This document shows, piece by piece, positions 24,575 through 32,000 of a DNA stretch of 32,000 bases (positions are counted from its first letter, which is position 1; the number at the start of each line of letters is the position of its first letter). The stretch spans positions 12,013 to 44,012 of the forward strand of contig JASJEA010000003.1 in assembly GCA_030064935.1 (NCBI GenBank), read 5' to 3'. Below the pieces are notes generated by a model. The model was given only the letters and a program-made list of their open reading frames with translations, was not told the DNA's origin and did no database searches. This DNA comes from Crocosphaera sp. GTDB lineage: Bacteria; Cyanobacteriota; Cyanobacteriia; Cyanobacteriales; Microcystaceae. The position numbers were made by a program, and so were the translations under genes.

Positions 24575-26281
24575 TCATTGACGATGATTCCCGTTGCTAT
24601 GATTATTGAATAACTTGGTCATGGGATCGATGCGAAACCCTGGGGCTGTATAATTTTCGGGTAAATAATCAGCAGGAATGGTGTTATGATTGCCATCACG
24701 AATAGCACTATAATGGGGGGATAAAATCTCGATATCAGCCTGGCTACATTTATCTTGAATATTTTGATGCAAATGAGAATAAATTTCTGCCATTTTAGTT
24801 GATTCATTAGTATAAGCATTAATCTCATAGCTAACATAAAAATCGTTTAACCCTGTTTGTAAAACAAAGGGAATAGGAGTTTTCAAAATATAGTGAGTTG
24901 ATTGAGCAGCAGCAATTAAAACTTGATGAACTTTACGCCAAGGAACGTCATATCCTAGGGTAATAGTAGTATGTAAAATTAAGGGACGTTTTAAGTCTCT
25001 TTTCAAGGCACTATAATTAATCACATTACTGTTAATGATCACAGAGTTAGGAATAGTAATGACAACATTTTTAATAGTTCTAATGCGTGTTACTAATAAA
25101 TCTTTTTCGAGAACATCTCCGATCGCATCACCAATTTTTACTCGATCAGATACTTGGAAAGCACGAGTATAAATCAAAACAAATCCTGATACCGTATTAG
25201 AAACAACTCCCGTTGAACCTAATGTAAATAAGAGAGCAACAAAAGCAGAGACACCTTTAAATGCAGGGGAATTAAACCCAGGTAAATAAGGAAAAGCAAA
25301 CACAGCAGCTAACATCACTGTTAACCACGTTAACAGTCGATAAGTCGGTTGCGCCCATTCAGGATAAAAGCCAGCAAACTGTAAATTACCTTTTTCTATT
25401 TCAGTAAAAATAAATTTTAAAAATTGTAAAATATAATAAGTTAAGTAACCAATAACAGCCACAACAAAAATATTGGGTAAATACCCAACTAATCCACTAA
25501 AGACACTATTAATTGCTTTAAACAAATAGTTAAATAGTAAATTTCCAACTTGTCTGGTTTGAGGGAAAAAACCTAAAACAATAGGCAGAAATATATACAG
25601 AATAAAGAAAGTTAAGGTTAGGCGAATAATTTTAATTATAGTTTTAATGGTCTGGGTTAATTTCTCTGCTGATAAGAGTTCTAGATTTTTTATTCTGATG
25701 GAAGGAATTAATGTCCCTCGCCAAGTTTCAATACGACGATTAATATAAGGGAAAATAAAATCAAATATTTTCAGAATGAACAACAAAATTACTAAACTAA
25801 TAATAGTACAAATAACGCCAATCACCCAATAAAAAGGACGACGTTCAATACGATAAGCTTTTAATGCCTTTTTTATAGTTTTTAAATATTCTTCGGCTAA
25901 CTTTTTACTAGAAGTATCAGCAGCAACAGCATCATCTGCTGTCACTGTCATTAATGTTTTTTTGTTGAATAAAATAACAACAATATTACCTCGATCATCA
26001 AGATCAAATTTATCATCCCTGATTTCTAAGTTATTATCATTAGCAAGATTATGCAATCTCCTAGCGACAATATTTGCTCTTTCTTCTGCTGATAACGAAC
26101 CATTATCAGTTTGAATAGTAAATAGATTGTTATGATTAAAAACAACAGAAAATCCCTCATCTTGGGAGACTGTATCTAAACCATAGCCTGGGAATAAAAA
26201 ACTTTGTAACAACACCAAAAAAACCGTTATGATGCTGAGAATTATTTGATTTTTATAAAATTTAAAACAGTACCATTTCAT
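24575..26281 (-). CDS. Mechanosensitive ion channel family (MscS-like) protein
   Basis: 568 aa. The MscS core is SGFVLIYTRAFQVSDRVKIGDAIGDVLEKDLLVTRIRTIKNVVITIPNSVIINSNVINYS. There are multiple TM helices. The N-terminal extracytoplasmic domain resembles that of the 6519-8609 protein. Confidence 0.85.
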   Translation of the reverse strand: MKWYCFKFYKNQIILSIITVFLVLLQSFLFPGYGLDTVSQDEGFSVVFNHNNLFTIQTDNGSLSAEERANIVARRLHNLANDNNLEIRDDKFDLDDRGNIVVILFNKKTLMTVTADDAVAADTSSKKLAEEYLKTIKKALKAYRIERRPFYWVIGVICTIISLVILLFILKIFDFIFPYINRRIETWRGTLIPSIRIKNLELLSAEKLTQTIKTIIKIIRLTLTFFILYIFLPIVLGFFPQTRQVGNLLFNYLFKAINSVFSGLVGYLPNIFVVAVIGYLTYYILQFLKFIFTEIEKGNLQFAGFYPEWAQPTYRLLTWLTVMLAAVFAFPYLPGFNSPAFKGVSAFVALLFTLGSTGVVSNTVSGFVLIYTRAFQVSDRVKIGDAIGDVLEKDLLVTRIRTIKNVVITIPNSVIINSNVINYSALKRDLKRPLILHTTITLGYDVPWRKVHQVLIAAAQSTHYILKTPIPFVLQTGLNDFYVSYEINAYTNESTKMAEIYSHLHQNIQDKCSQADIEILSPHYSAIRDGNHNTIPADYLPENYTAPGFRIDPMTKLFNNHSNGNHRQ

Positions 26282-26561
26282 CTGATGTATCCTAACCTAA
26301 AAATATTCGGGGTATCTAGAATCAGTCACCAATAAAGCCATTGTGCCTAATCTTTCTCAAAACGGATGAATTATTTTAGATTGATTTTATAAATAACTTG
26401 ATCTTGCCCTCATTTTTAAAAAATTTAATTTGTTTTTATAATCTTTTGTGTTCCCAAGTAAATCTAAAGATGTTATAAAAATCATCCCTAAACATGGAGA
26501 AAACGTTTACAAAGGGAAGTGAGTCCGAAATAAATGTAAAGAAGCTTTAGCTGATTTCGTT

Positions 26562-27266
26562 ATGACAACAATCATAGAACCTTTTCTCATATCACACTAT
26601 TTTGCTCTACATATTCCTGATGGCTTTTTAAGTCCTTCTGTGAGCTTGTTTTGTTGGATTATCACCCTTGTTTTGATTGCTGTTTCCCTAAAAAGAGTTC
26701 AAAAAAACTATCAAGAAAGAACAGTGCCTTTAATGGGGGTTTGTGCCGCCTTTATTTTCGCTGCACAGATGATTAATTTTCCCATTCCTGGGGGAACATC
26801 AGGCCATTTAGTGGGAGGAACTCTGGCCGGTATTCTCTTGGGACCTTGGGCTGGAACTTTAGTGGTTAGCGTCGTTTTTATTGTTCAAGCTGTTTTGTTT
26901 CAAGATGGCGGTTTGACAGTATTGGGGGCTAATATCTTGAATATGGGATTATTAGGAACCTTTTGTGGATATTATCTCTATAAAGCAATTCGTTTTACCC
27001 TAAGTCGTCGTTCTTGGACAAGTATGGCAATTGCTACAGTAGTGGCATCTTGGTGCAGCGTGATGATCGCCGCTATTATGACAGCAGTACAGTTGGCCTT
27101 ATCAGGAACCGTTGCTTTACCGGTTTCGGCGATCGCAATGGGCTCTTGGCACATTTTCATTGGCTTAGGGGAAGCTATTATTACCCTAATCTCCATAGGT
27201 TTTGTCTGGAGATCGCGTCCTGATCTTCTTTATGATCCACCTTTTTCTTTTCGTTTGGACCAGTAA
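26562..27266 (+). CDS. cbiM: ECF-type cobalt/nickel transporter substrate-capture component (CbiM/NikM family)
   Basis: HIPDGFLS motif near the N-terminus, a GGTSGH motif and seven hydrophobic segments. It lies in a cluster with a PDGLE-domain gene and cbiQ. Metal specificity (Co versus Ni) cannot be read from the sequence. Confidence 0.85.
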   Translation: MTTIIEPFLISHYFALHIPDGFLSPSVSLFCWIITLVLIAVSLKRVQKNYQERTVPLMGVCAAFIFAAQMINFPIPGGTSGHLVGGTLAGILLGPWAGTLVVSVVFIVQAVLFQDGGLTVLGANILNMGLLGTFCGYYLYKAIRFTLSRRSWTSMAIATVVASWCSVMIAAIMTAVQLALSGTVALPVSAIAMGSWHIFIGLGEAIITLISIGFVWRSRPDLLYDPPFSFRLDQ

Positions 27267-27286
27267 TCATCTAATAGGTTTCTAAA

Positions 27287-27652
27287 ATGACAAATAATAT
27301 TTCTAACAAGCATAATCGGGTATTTATTACCTTTGCACTCGGCATCTCTTTGATAATTGCCATTTTTGTCTCTCCTTTTGCCAGTTCTGATCCAGATGGA
27401 TTAGATAGAGTTTCCCAAGACTTAGAATTTGAGGACAAAGCACTTGAAGATGCTCCTGCTAAAAAATTGCCCTTCTACAGCATCTTTGAAGAATATGCTT
27501 TGCGAGGGGTTCCTGAAGCTTTAGCGACTCCCTTGGCTGGTTTAGCCGGTACTGTGGCAACCTTTGGCATTGCTTGGGGAACAGGTAAATTATTGATTCG
27601 CCCTTCAGCCAAAAAAAATAATCAAAGGAGTGAAGAAAAAATTAAATTCTAG
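27287..27652 (+). CDS. PDGLE-domain membrane protein (CbiN/NikN-like accessory component)
   Basis: 121 aa with an N-terminal TM, the motif SSDPDGLDRV and a C-terminal TM (LAGLAGTVATFGIAWG). It sits between cbiM and cbiQ. Confidence 0.75.
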   Translation: MTNNISNKHNRVFITFALGISLIIAIFVSPFASSDPDGLDRVSQDLEFEDKALEDAPAKKLPFYSIFEEYALRGVPEALATPLAGLAGTVATFGIAWGTGKLLIRPSAKKNNQRSEEKIKF

Positions 27653-27788
27653 ATTTGCTTCCATCTTGCCACACTCCAACTTAGGTGAGTTCGGAGTTAT
27701 GGTTTTTTAAACTAGACAATGACGGTTTGAGACTGCTAATTTGAGTAATTTTTCCCCAAATTTCCTTAGATCGAACTCAGGTTAAATT

Positions 27789-28565
27789 ATGTTGTTACAT
27801 ATCCATTCTTTTGTATACAAACACCAGGAACAACCTCAGACTATTTGGCATTTATTGAGCTCGCATACGAGAGTATTATGTGCCTTTATCAGTGTTTTTG
27901 CCATCGCTTTAACCCCTAATGGACAGTGGGAAACTTGGGGATTGTATGGGGTTTGTGTACTGTTTTTGCTCTGTATTAGTCGTGTTTCCTGGGTTCGTTT
28001 ATTTTCGAGAGTAATCATCGAGTTTATGTTTATCGGAGTCGTTTTATTGGGGACTTTATTTAGACCCGAAGGAGAGGTTATTTGGTCTTGGGGAATACTA
28101 CAAATTACAACTACTGGAGTGATGGTATTAGGGAGTGTTACCAGCAAAGTCATTTTATCTTTGTTGGTGTTAAATATATTAATTTTAACCACAGCTATTC
28201 CGGATTTATTCAAAGCTTTATTAGCGTTAAAAATGCCTCCGTTATTAGTAGCAATCATGGCTTCTATGTATCGTTATATTGATGTTTTAAACCGAGAATT
28301 TATAACGATGAAAAGGGCAGCAACTTCCCGAAACTTAATGAGTAATGGTAAGATGATTCGTCAAGTAATGGGTAATGCCATCGGCTCTTTATTTATTCGG
28401 AGTTATGAAAGAGGAGAATTAATTTATCAAGCAATGTTATCCAGAGGTTATCAAGGAGTTCCCGTAAGTTCAGAAAAAATAGTTTACAAAAATCGTGATA
28501 TTATTGCTCTATTTTTCACAGTAATTATGGTTATCATCGGTCAAGTTATTTCTTTGACATCATAA
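27789..28565 (+). CDS. cbiQ: ECF transporter transmembrane (T) component
   Basis: 258-aa polytopic protein. It has the conserved cytoplasmic helices of the CbiQ/EcfT family (MASMYRYIDVLNREFITMKRAATSR, FIRSYERGELIYQAMLSRGY). Confidence 0.8.
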   Translation: MLLHIHSFVYKHQEQPQTIWHLLSSHTRVLCAFISVFAIALTPNGQWETWGLYGVCVLFLLCISRVSWVRLFSRVIIEFMFIGVVLLGTLFRPEGEVIWSWGILQITTTGVMVLGSVTSKVILSLLVLNILILTTAIPDLFKALLALKMPPLLVAIMASMYRYIDVLNREFITMKRAATSRNLMSNGKMIRQVMGNAIGSLFIRSYERGELIYQAMLSRGYQGVPVSSEKIVYKNRDIIALFFTVIMVIIGQVISLTS

Positions 28566-28571
28566 TTTAAA

Positions 28572-29330
28572 ATGGTAGAAAAATGGCGATTGATTCCTCC
28601 TCTAGAAACATCAGCAATAACACAAATGTCCATAGATAGTTGGTTATTAGACCAATATGAAAAGGGCTTGATTGCTTCTACATTACGTTTTTATACTTGG
28701 TCAAAACCGGCGATTTCTTTAGGGTATTTGCAGAAAAAATATCCGCAGCATTGGAATCATTTAAACTGGAATAAAGAACCCATAGACTTAGTCTTACGTC
28801 CGACAGGAGGGAGGGCTGTTTTGCATCAAGGAGATTTAACTTATGCTATTATTATGTCACTAGATAGCCGTAAAACCTTAGCAATTTATCAAGATATTTG
28901 TACCTTTTTAATTCAAGGTTGGCTTAGTCTTGGCATTGCCTTAGAATACGGTGCAGCAAAACGGGGCTATATTCATAATTCTAGTTGCTTTAATACTGCC
29001 ACCATAGCAGACTTAATAACAGCCGATGGTAGTAAATTAATTGGGAGCGCACAACGCCGAGGGAAACGATCAATCTTGCAACATGGTTCCATGATTTTGT
29101 CAACAGATAAAGCTTTATTTGAAATGGTTTTTAATCAAGTTGCCCCTTGGAATTTAACCTTAATGGAAAGATTATCAAATCATTATTGTAAACAAGAGAT
29201 TATTACAGTCTTAACAGAAGCAGCTAAACAACATTTTGGGATAGAATTAATAACACAACCGTTATCAGATCAAGAATGGAAAGATATTTCATTAATTAAA
29301 AATAATGTAGAATTAAGAATTAACAATTAA
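28572..29330 (+). CDS. Biotin/lipoate A/B protein-ligase family protein (LplA/LipB-like catalytic domain)
   Basis: RFYTWSKPAISLGYLQ, RPTGGRAVLHQGDLTYAI and the conserved lysine motif GSKLIGSAQRR. It starts 7 nt after cbiQ. Confidence 0.8.
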   Translation: MVEKWRLIPPLETSAITQMSIDSWLLDQYEKGLIASTLRFYTWSKPAISLGYLQKKYPQHWNHLNWNKEPIDLVLRPTGGRAVLHQGDLTYAIIMSLDSRKTLAIYQDICTFLIQGWLSLGIALEYGAAKRGYIHNSSCFNTATIADLITADGSKLIGSAQRRGKRSILQHGSMILSTDKALFEMVFNQVAPWNLTLMERLSNHYCKQEIITVLTEAAKQHFGIELITQPLSDQEWKDISLIKNNVELRINN

Positions 29331-29343
29331 GAATTAACAATTT

Positions 29344-29832
29344 ATGTCTAATAACTTTAATTCCAAACTATCTCATCTCAATGAAAAAGGAGAAGCTCAA
29401 ATGGTAGATGTTTCTTCTAAAAATATAACTCGTCGCCAAGCAGTTGCCAGGGGACAAATACGCATGAAACTGGCAACTTTTGAAGCCATACAAACAGGAA
29501 ATACACCAAAAGGAGATGTTTTAGGAACAGCGAAACTAGCAGGTATTATGGCAGCGAAACAAACAGCTAACTTAATCCCTTTATGTCATCCTTTACCATT
29601 ACATAAAATTGAAGTTAATCTCATCCCTGATAACAACTTACCTGGCTATCAAATAGAAGCAACTGTTATTACAAAAGCAGAAACGGGAGTCGAAATGGAA
29701 GCATTAACAGCCGTTTCTATGGCTGCATTAACCCTTTATGACATGGCTAAGGGTTTAGAAAAATCCATACAAATTGAACACATTAGGTTAATTAGTAAAA
29801 CAGGAGGAAAGTCAGGAGACTATTCTGGTTAA
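29344..29832 (+). CDS. moaC: Cyclic pyranopterin monophosphate synthase
   Basis: The 162-aa length is typical. Motifs: [65 protein letters not shown]. Confidence 0.92.
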   Translation: MSNNFNSKLSHLNEKGEAQMVDVSSKNITRRQAVARGQIRMKLATFEAIQTGNTPKGDVLGTAKLAGIMAAKQTANLIPLCHPLPLHKIEVNLIPDNNLPGYQIEATVITKAETGVEMEALTAVSMAALTLYDMAKGLEKSIQIEHIRLISKTGGKSGDYSG

Positions 29833-29846
29833 ATAATTATTAATTC

Positions 29847-30158
29847 TCAATTCTCCATTACCAAAAGAGGATCTAATTGATTTTGATCATTAAGGGAATA
29901 TAGCTGATCACAACCACCAATGTGTTGATTGTTGATAAAAATTTGTGGAACACTTCGCTTTCCATTTGAACGTTGCGCCATTTTCTCTCTAGCCGCTTCA
30001 TCCCCATCAATTTTATACTCAGTTAAATTAACCCCTTTCCACCACAATAAAAGTTTTGCGCGAATACAAAAAGGGCAAGTTTGCCAAGTATAGATTTCAA
30101 CATTAGCCTTAATTTTTTCAGGATCACGGCCCAATAAGGAATTGAAAATATTAAACAT
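29847..30158 (-). CDS. grxC: Glutaredoxin (dithiol CPFC type)
   Basis: Active site YTWQTCPFCIRAK, followed by SVPQIFI and GGCDQL, which are typical of Grx3-type glutaredoxins. Confidence 0.88.
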   Translation of the reverse strand: MFNIFNSLLGRDPEKIKANVEIYTWQTCPFCIRAKLLLWWKGVNLTEYKIDGDEAAREKMAQRSNGKRSVPQIFINNQHIGGCDQLYSLNDQNQLDPLLVMEN

Positions 30159-30489
30159 AGTTAATCCTACTTCTTTTTATCTTGATTATAAACTGATAAC
30201 TTCTATTTTGAGTTTATAGCAATTCTCAAAAGTTACTGCAGATTGAACATACCCCAACAAGGGGGAGGCATCGAAGGCTTAGCTAAGTGACCCCGTTTGG
30301 CTATTTTTTTGTTCTCGATGAGTGGAATAAACTGGAATTTATTTTCCAATGATATGAAATTGCTGAACTTTGGGAAAGCTAAGATTAGATACAAACAAGT
30401 CGAGCAGATAAAGACTTGCCAGTTCAAAACATTTTTAATATAAACTTTTTTCGTTTGCGTCCTTTGTATACATGGAATCTCCTCTTTGA

Positions 30490-30515
30490 CCCCACCAGTA
30501 AAAGCTGGGGTTTTT
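30490..30515 (+). terminator. Intrinsic-terminator-like hairpin in the grx-rubA intergenic region
   Basis: cccca(c)c agtaaaa g(c)tgggg followed by ttttt (30511-30515). The same CCCC can instead pair in the helix ttgacccc (30486-30493) / ggggtcaa (30523-30530). Confidence 0.5.
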
Positions 30516-30566
30516 CCTTTGAGGGGTCAATCATGTTTTTGGCGAGTTCTAATGATTATTACTAAT

Positions 30567-30726
30567 GACCGAAAAAAAGGGTGACAAGCCTCCTCTTTCA
30601 AGGGGATGAAAAGCAGTCGAGGGATGGCGAAGAAGCCTCGCCATATCCAATGAACCAAGAGAAGAAGAATTTTCCTTGTTTCAAGCCTCCACCTTAAGTT
30701 GGAGGCAATTATAAATTCTGATTAAC
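30567..30726. repeat. Copy B (expanded) of the dispersed intergenic repeat seen at 16760-16837
   Basis: gaccgaaaaaaagggtgacaagcctcc ... gtttcaagcctccaccttaagttggaggc ... taaattctgattaac. It contains the 7-bp-stem hairpin gcctcca/tggaggc and two caagcctcc cores. Confidence 0.65.
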
Positions 30727-30842
30727 ATTCTGATTTCAACTCCAATCCCTAATCCCTGATCTGCCTAGCAAAATTTGTTCAGATTGTTAAGTTTATGGGA
30801 TAATTTGTAACATAGATATTAAGATTTGCTTAAAGCAAAGCA

Positions 30843-31190
30843 ATGACTGAACGACCCCAAGAAAAAACCCTCGCCGAACTTGCACCAGCGAACCACGAAT
30901 GTCGTCTCTGTGGCTATGTTTATGAGCCAGAAAAAGGCGATAGCAAAGGAAACGTTCCCCCTGGAACTCCTTTTTCCGAACTCCCTAGTGCCTGGAAATG
31001 CCCCGTCTGTGGCGCAAAAACCAACCAGTTTGTCAGTATTGGTGCTACCAACGCCCCCTCTGGGTTTCAAGAAAACCTAAACTATGGCCTTGGTGTCAAT
31101 AACTTGACTCCGAATCAAAAAAATCTCCTAATTTTTGGAGGACTGGCTTTAGGGTTCCTGTTTTTCCTCAGTTTATACGGGTTAAATTAA
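30843..31190 (+). CDS. rubA: Membrane-anchored rubredoxin (photosystem II assembly)
   Basis: Cys pairs CRLCGYVY and WKCPVCGA, plus a C-terminal TM helix [19 protein letters not shown]. It lies directly upstream of ycf48, as in other cyanobacteria. Confidence 0.9.
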   Translation: MTERPQEKTLAELAPANHECRLCGYVYEPEKGDSKGNVPPGTPFSELPSAWKCPVCGAKTNQFVSIGATNAPSGFQENLNYGLGVNNLTPNQKNLLIFGGLALGFLFFLSLYGLN

Positions 31191-31279
31191 CCCTTTGACC
31201 TTGACAGGTCCTTAAAACTGGGTTACTGAACATCAAAACAACAAGCTCGAACTTTTATCAGCCTATTTACCTTGTGTTT

Positions 31280-32000
31280 ATGAGAAAACTGAAACAATTT
31301 GTAATATTAATAGCCATTTCCTTATTGTGCATTAGTTGTAGTAAAGTTCCGTCCACCTTCAATAATCCCTGGAAGACACTTTCCCTGCAAACCGATGTTA
31401 CCTTTGCAGACATTGCCTTCACCGATGATCCTGATCACGGTTGGTTAGTAGGAACCAAAGCGGCCCTGTTTGAGACAACTGACGGAGGTGACTCTTGGGA
31501 AGAACGGAACCTAGACCTCGGTGAAGAAAAAGTGAGCTTCACAGGGGTTAGTTTCAATGGAGATGAAGGCTGGATTACAGGCAAACCGGCTATTTTGCTC
31601 CATACCGAAGATGGTGGCGAAAATTGGTCCCGCATTCCCCTGAGTGAGAAGCTTCCAGGCGCACCAGACGGGGTGGTTGCCCTTGCCCCTGAAACTGCCG
31701 AAATGGTCACCAACCTAGGAGCTATTTACAAAACCGACAACGGGGGCAAAACCTGGTCGGCATTAGTAGAAGGTGCTGTTGGCGTTGCCCGTAATATTGA
31801 GCGATCGCCTGATGGTCGTTATGTCGCTGTTTCTGCACGAGGTAACTTCTATTCAACCTGGGAACCTGGCCAAAGCGAATGGACTCCCCACAACCGCAAC
31901 TCATCGCGAAGATTACAAACGATGGGTTACAGTGAACAAGGAGGTCTATGGTTACTTGCTAGAGGAGGGCAACTTCAATTTAGTTCCCCAGAAGACTTAG
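31280..32000 (+). CDS. ycf48: Photosystem II assembly factor Ycf48/HCF136, 3' end cut by the window edge
   Basis: My own translation from the ATG at 31280 is open to the end of the window. It reads [21 protein letters not shown] (lipoprotein-type signal), then [46 protein letters not shown]...[14 protein letters not shown]...[14 protein letters not shown]. The repeated DGG-x-W motifs are the beta-propeller blades of Ycf48. It is absent from the supplied ORF track because no stop codon falls within the window. Confidence 0.9.
   Translation, partial: MRKLKQFVILIAISLLCISCSKVPSTFNNPWKTLSLQTDVTFADIAFTDDPDHGWLVGTKAALFETTDGGDSWEERNLDLGEEKVSFTGVSFNGDEGWITGKPAILLHTEDGGENWSRIPLSEKLPGAPDGVVALAPETAEMVTNLGAIYKTDNGGKTWSALVEGAVGVARNIERSPDGRYVAVSARGNFYSTWEPGQSEWTPHNRNSSRRLQTMGYSEQGGLWLLARGGQLQFSSPEDL

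Noticed and set aside
26282-26561. Possible cobalamin or NiCo riboswitch in the 280-nt leader of cbiM (an aaagggaagtgagtccgaaa stretch looked slightly B12-like).
   Set aside because: I could not find a B12 box or the paired helices expected of either riboswitch class. The region is mostly AT-rich and unstructured. A covariance-model scan (Rfam) would be needed to revive this.
27673-27708. Hairpin (actccaac / gttcggagt) plus T-run between the PDGLE gene and cbiQ as an internal attenuator.
   Set aside because: The stem is only 8 bp with a bulge, and 5 nt separate it from the T-run. That is too weak to call without transcript-end data.
1077-28282. Short track ORFs nested in or antisense to larger genes: 1077-1277, 2395-2625, 7043-7246, 9186-9470, 9540-9848, 11128-11352, 13306-13518, 14525-14707, 18329-18607, 19941-20189, 20457-20663, 22105-22296, 24619-24837, 26978-27196, 27014-27223, 27836-28258, 28082-28282.
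   Set aside because: Each overlaps a longer ORF with clear family motifs, or lies in the AT-rich psbA upstream region in the case of 11128-11352. None shows recognisable motifs of its own.
30233-30427. 64-aa minus-strand ORF in the grx-rubA intergenic region.
   Set aside because: The hydrophobic, low-complexity translation has no motifs. It overlaps the putative promoter of the candidate small RNA and is probably non-coding.
30819-31080. Track ORFs 30819-31070 (-) and 30880-31080 (+).
   Set aside because: They overlap rubA, whose rubredoxin Cys motifs identify the real frame.
31435-32000. Track ORFs 31435-31713 (-), 31722-31904 (-) and 31773-32000 (+).
   Set aside because: They lie entirely within the ycf48 reading frame. 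Their translations are low-complexity or Arg/Pro/Ser-rich, typical of shadow frames.

Overview
This is a chromosomal segment of a low-GC cyanobacterium. Evidence: psbA, the rubA-ycf48 pair, the phycobilisome linker cpcG, and 12 copies of the HIP1 palindrome GCGATCGC that I located by eye. I support about 30 protein-coding genes, one tRNA-Thr(CGU), several stem-loop terminators and a few small dispersed or tandem repeats. I saw no rRNA, CRISPR array, transposase, integrase or phage genes. Gene order: cysE (5' partial), cpcG, tRNA-Thr, small Zn-ribbon membrane protein, ProA-like protein, polytopic membrane protein plus Tat-signal alkaline-phosphatase-superfamily protein, MscS-like channel, duplicated-ATPase ABC protein, YqeG-type HAD phosphatase, psbA, LapA-domain protein, M48 peptidase, two tandem Tic22-like genes, prmC, small conserved protein, about 900 bp of ORF-free AT-rich DNA, two Ser/Thr-kinase genes, PEP-CTERM protein, second MscS-like channel, cbiM, PDGLE gene, cbiQ, lipoate-ligase-family gene, moaC, grx, rubA, ycf48 (3' partial; missing from the supplied ORF track because it runs off the window). 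I do not see a clear-cut new multi-gene system. The best candidates are listed here. (1) A HIP1-free, AT-rich stretch (about 18.0-27.1 kb) holds a kinase-like protein with DFG changed to NFG next to a receptor kinase with a periplasmic-binding-protein ectodomain. (2) A ProA paralogue lacks the catalytic Cys. (3) A Tat-exported AP-superfamily protein is coupled to an uncharacterised polytopic membrane protein. (4) A cbiM-PDGLE-cbiQ cluster has no ATPase gene. (5) A promoter-plus-terminator candidate small RNA lies upstream of rubA. All family assignments come from reading motifs by eye against remembered family signatures; no database search was run.
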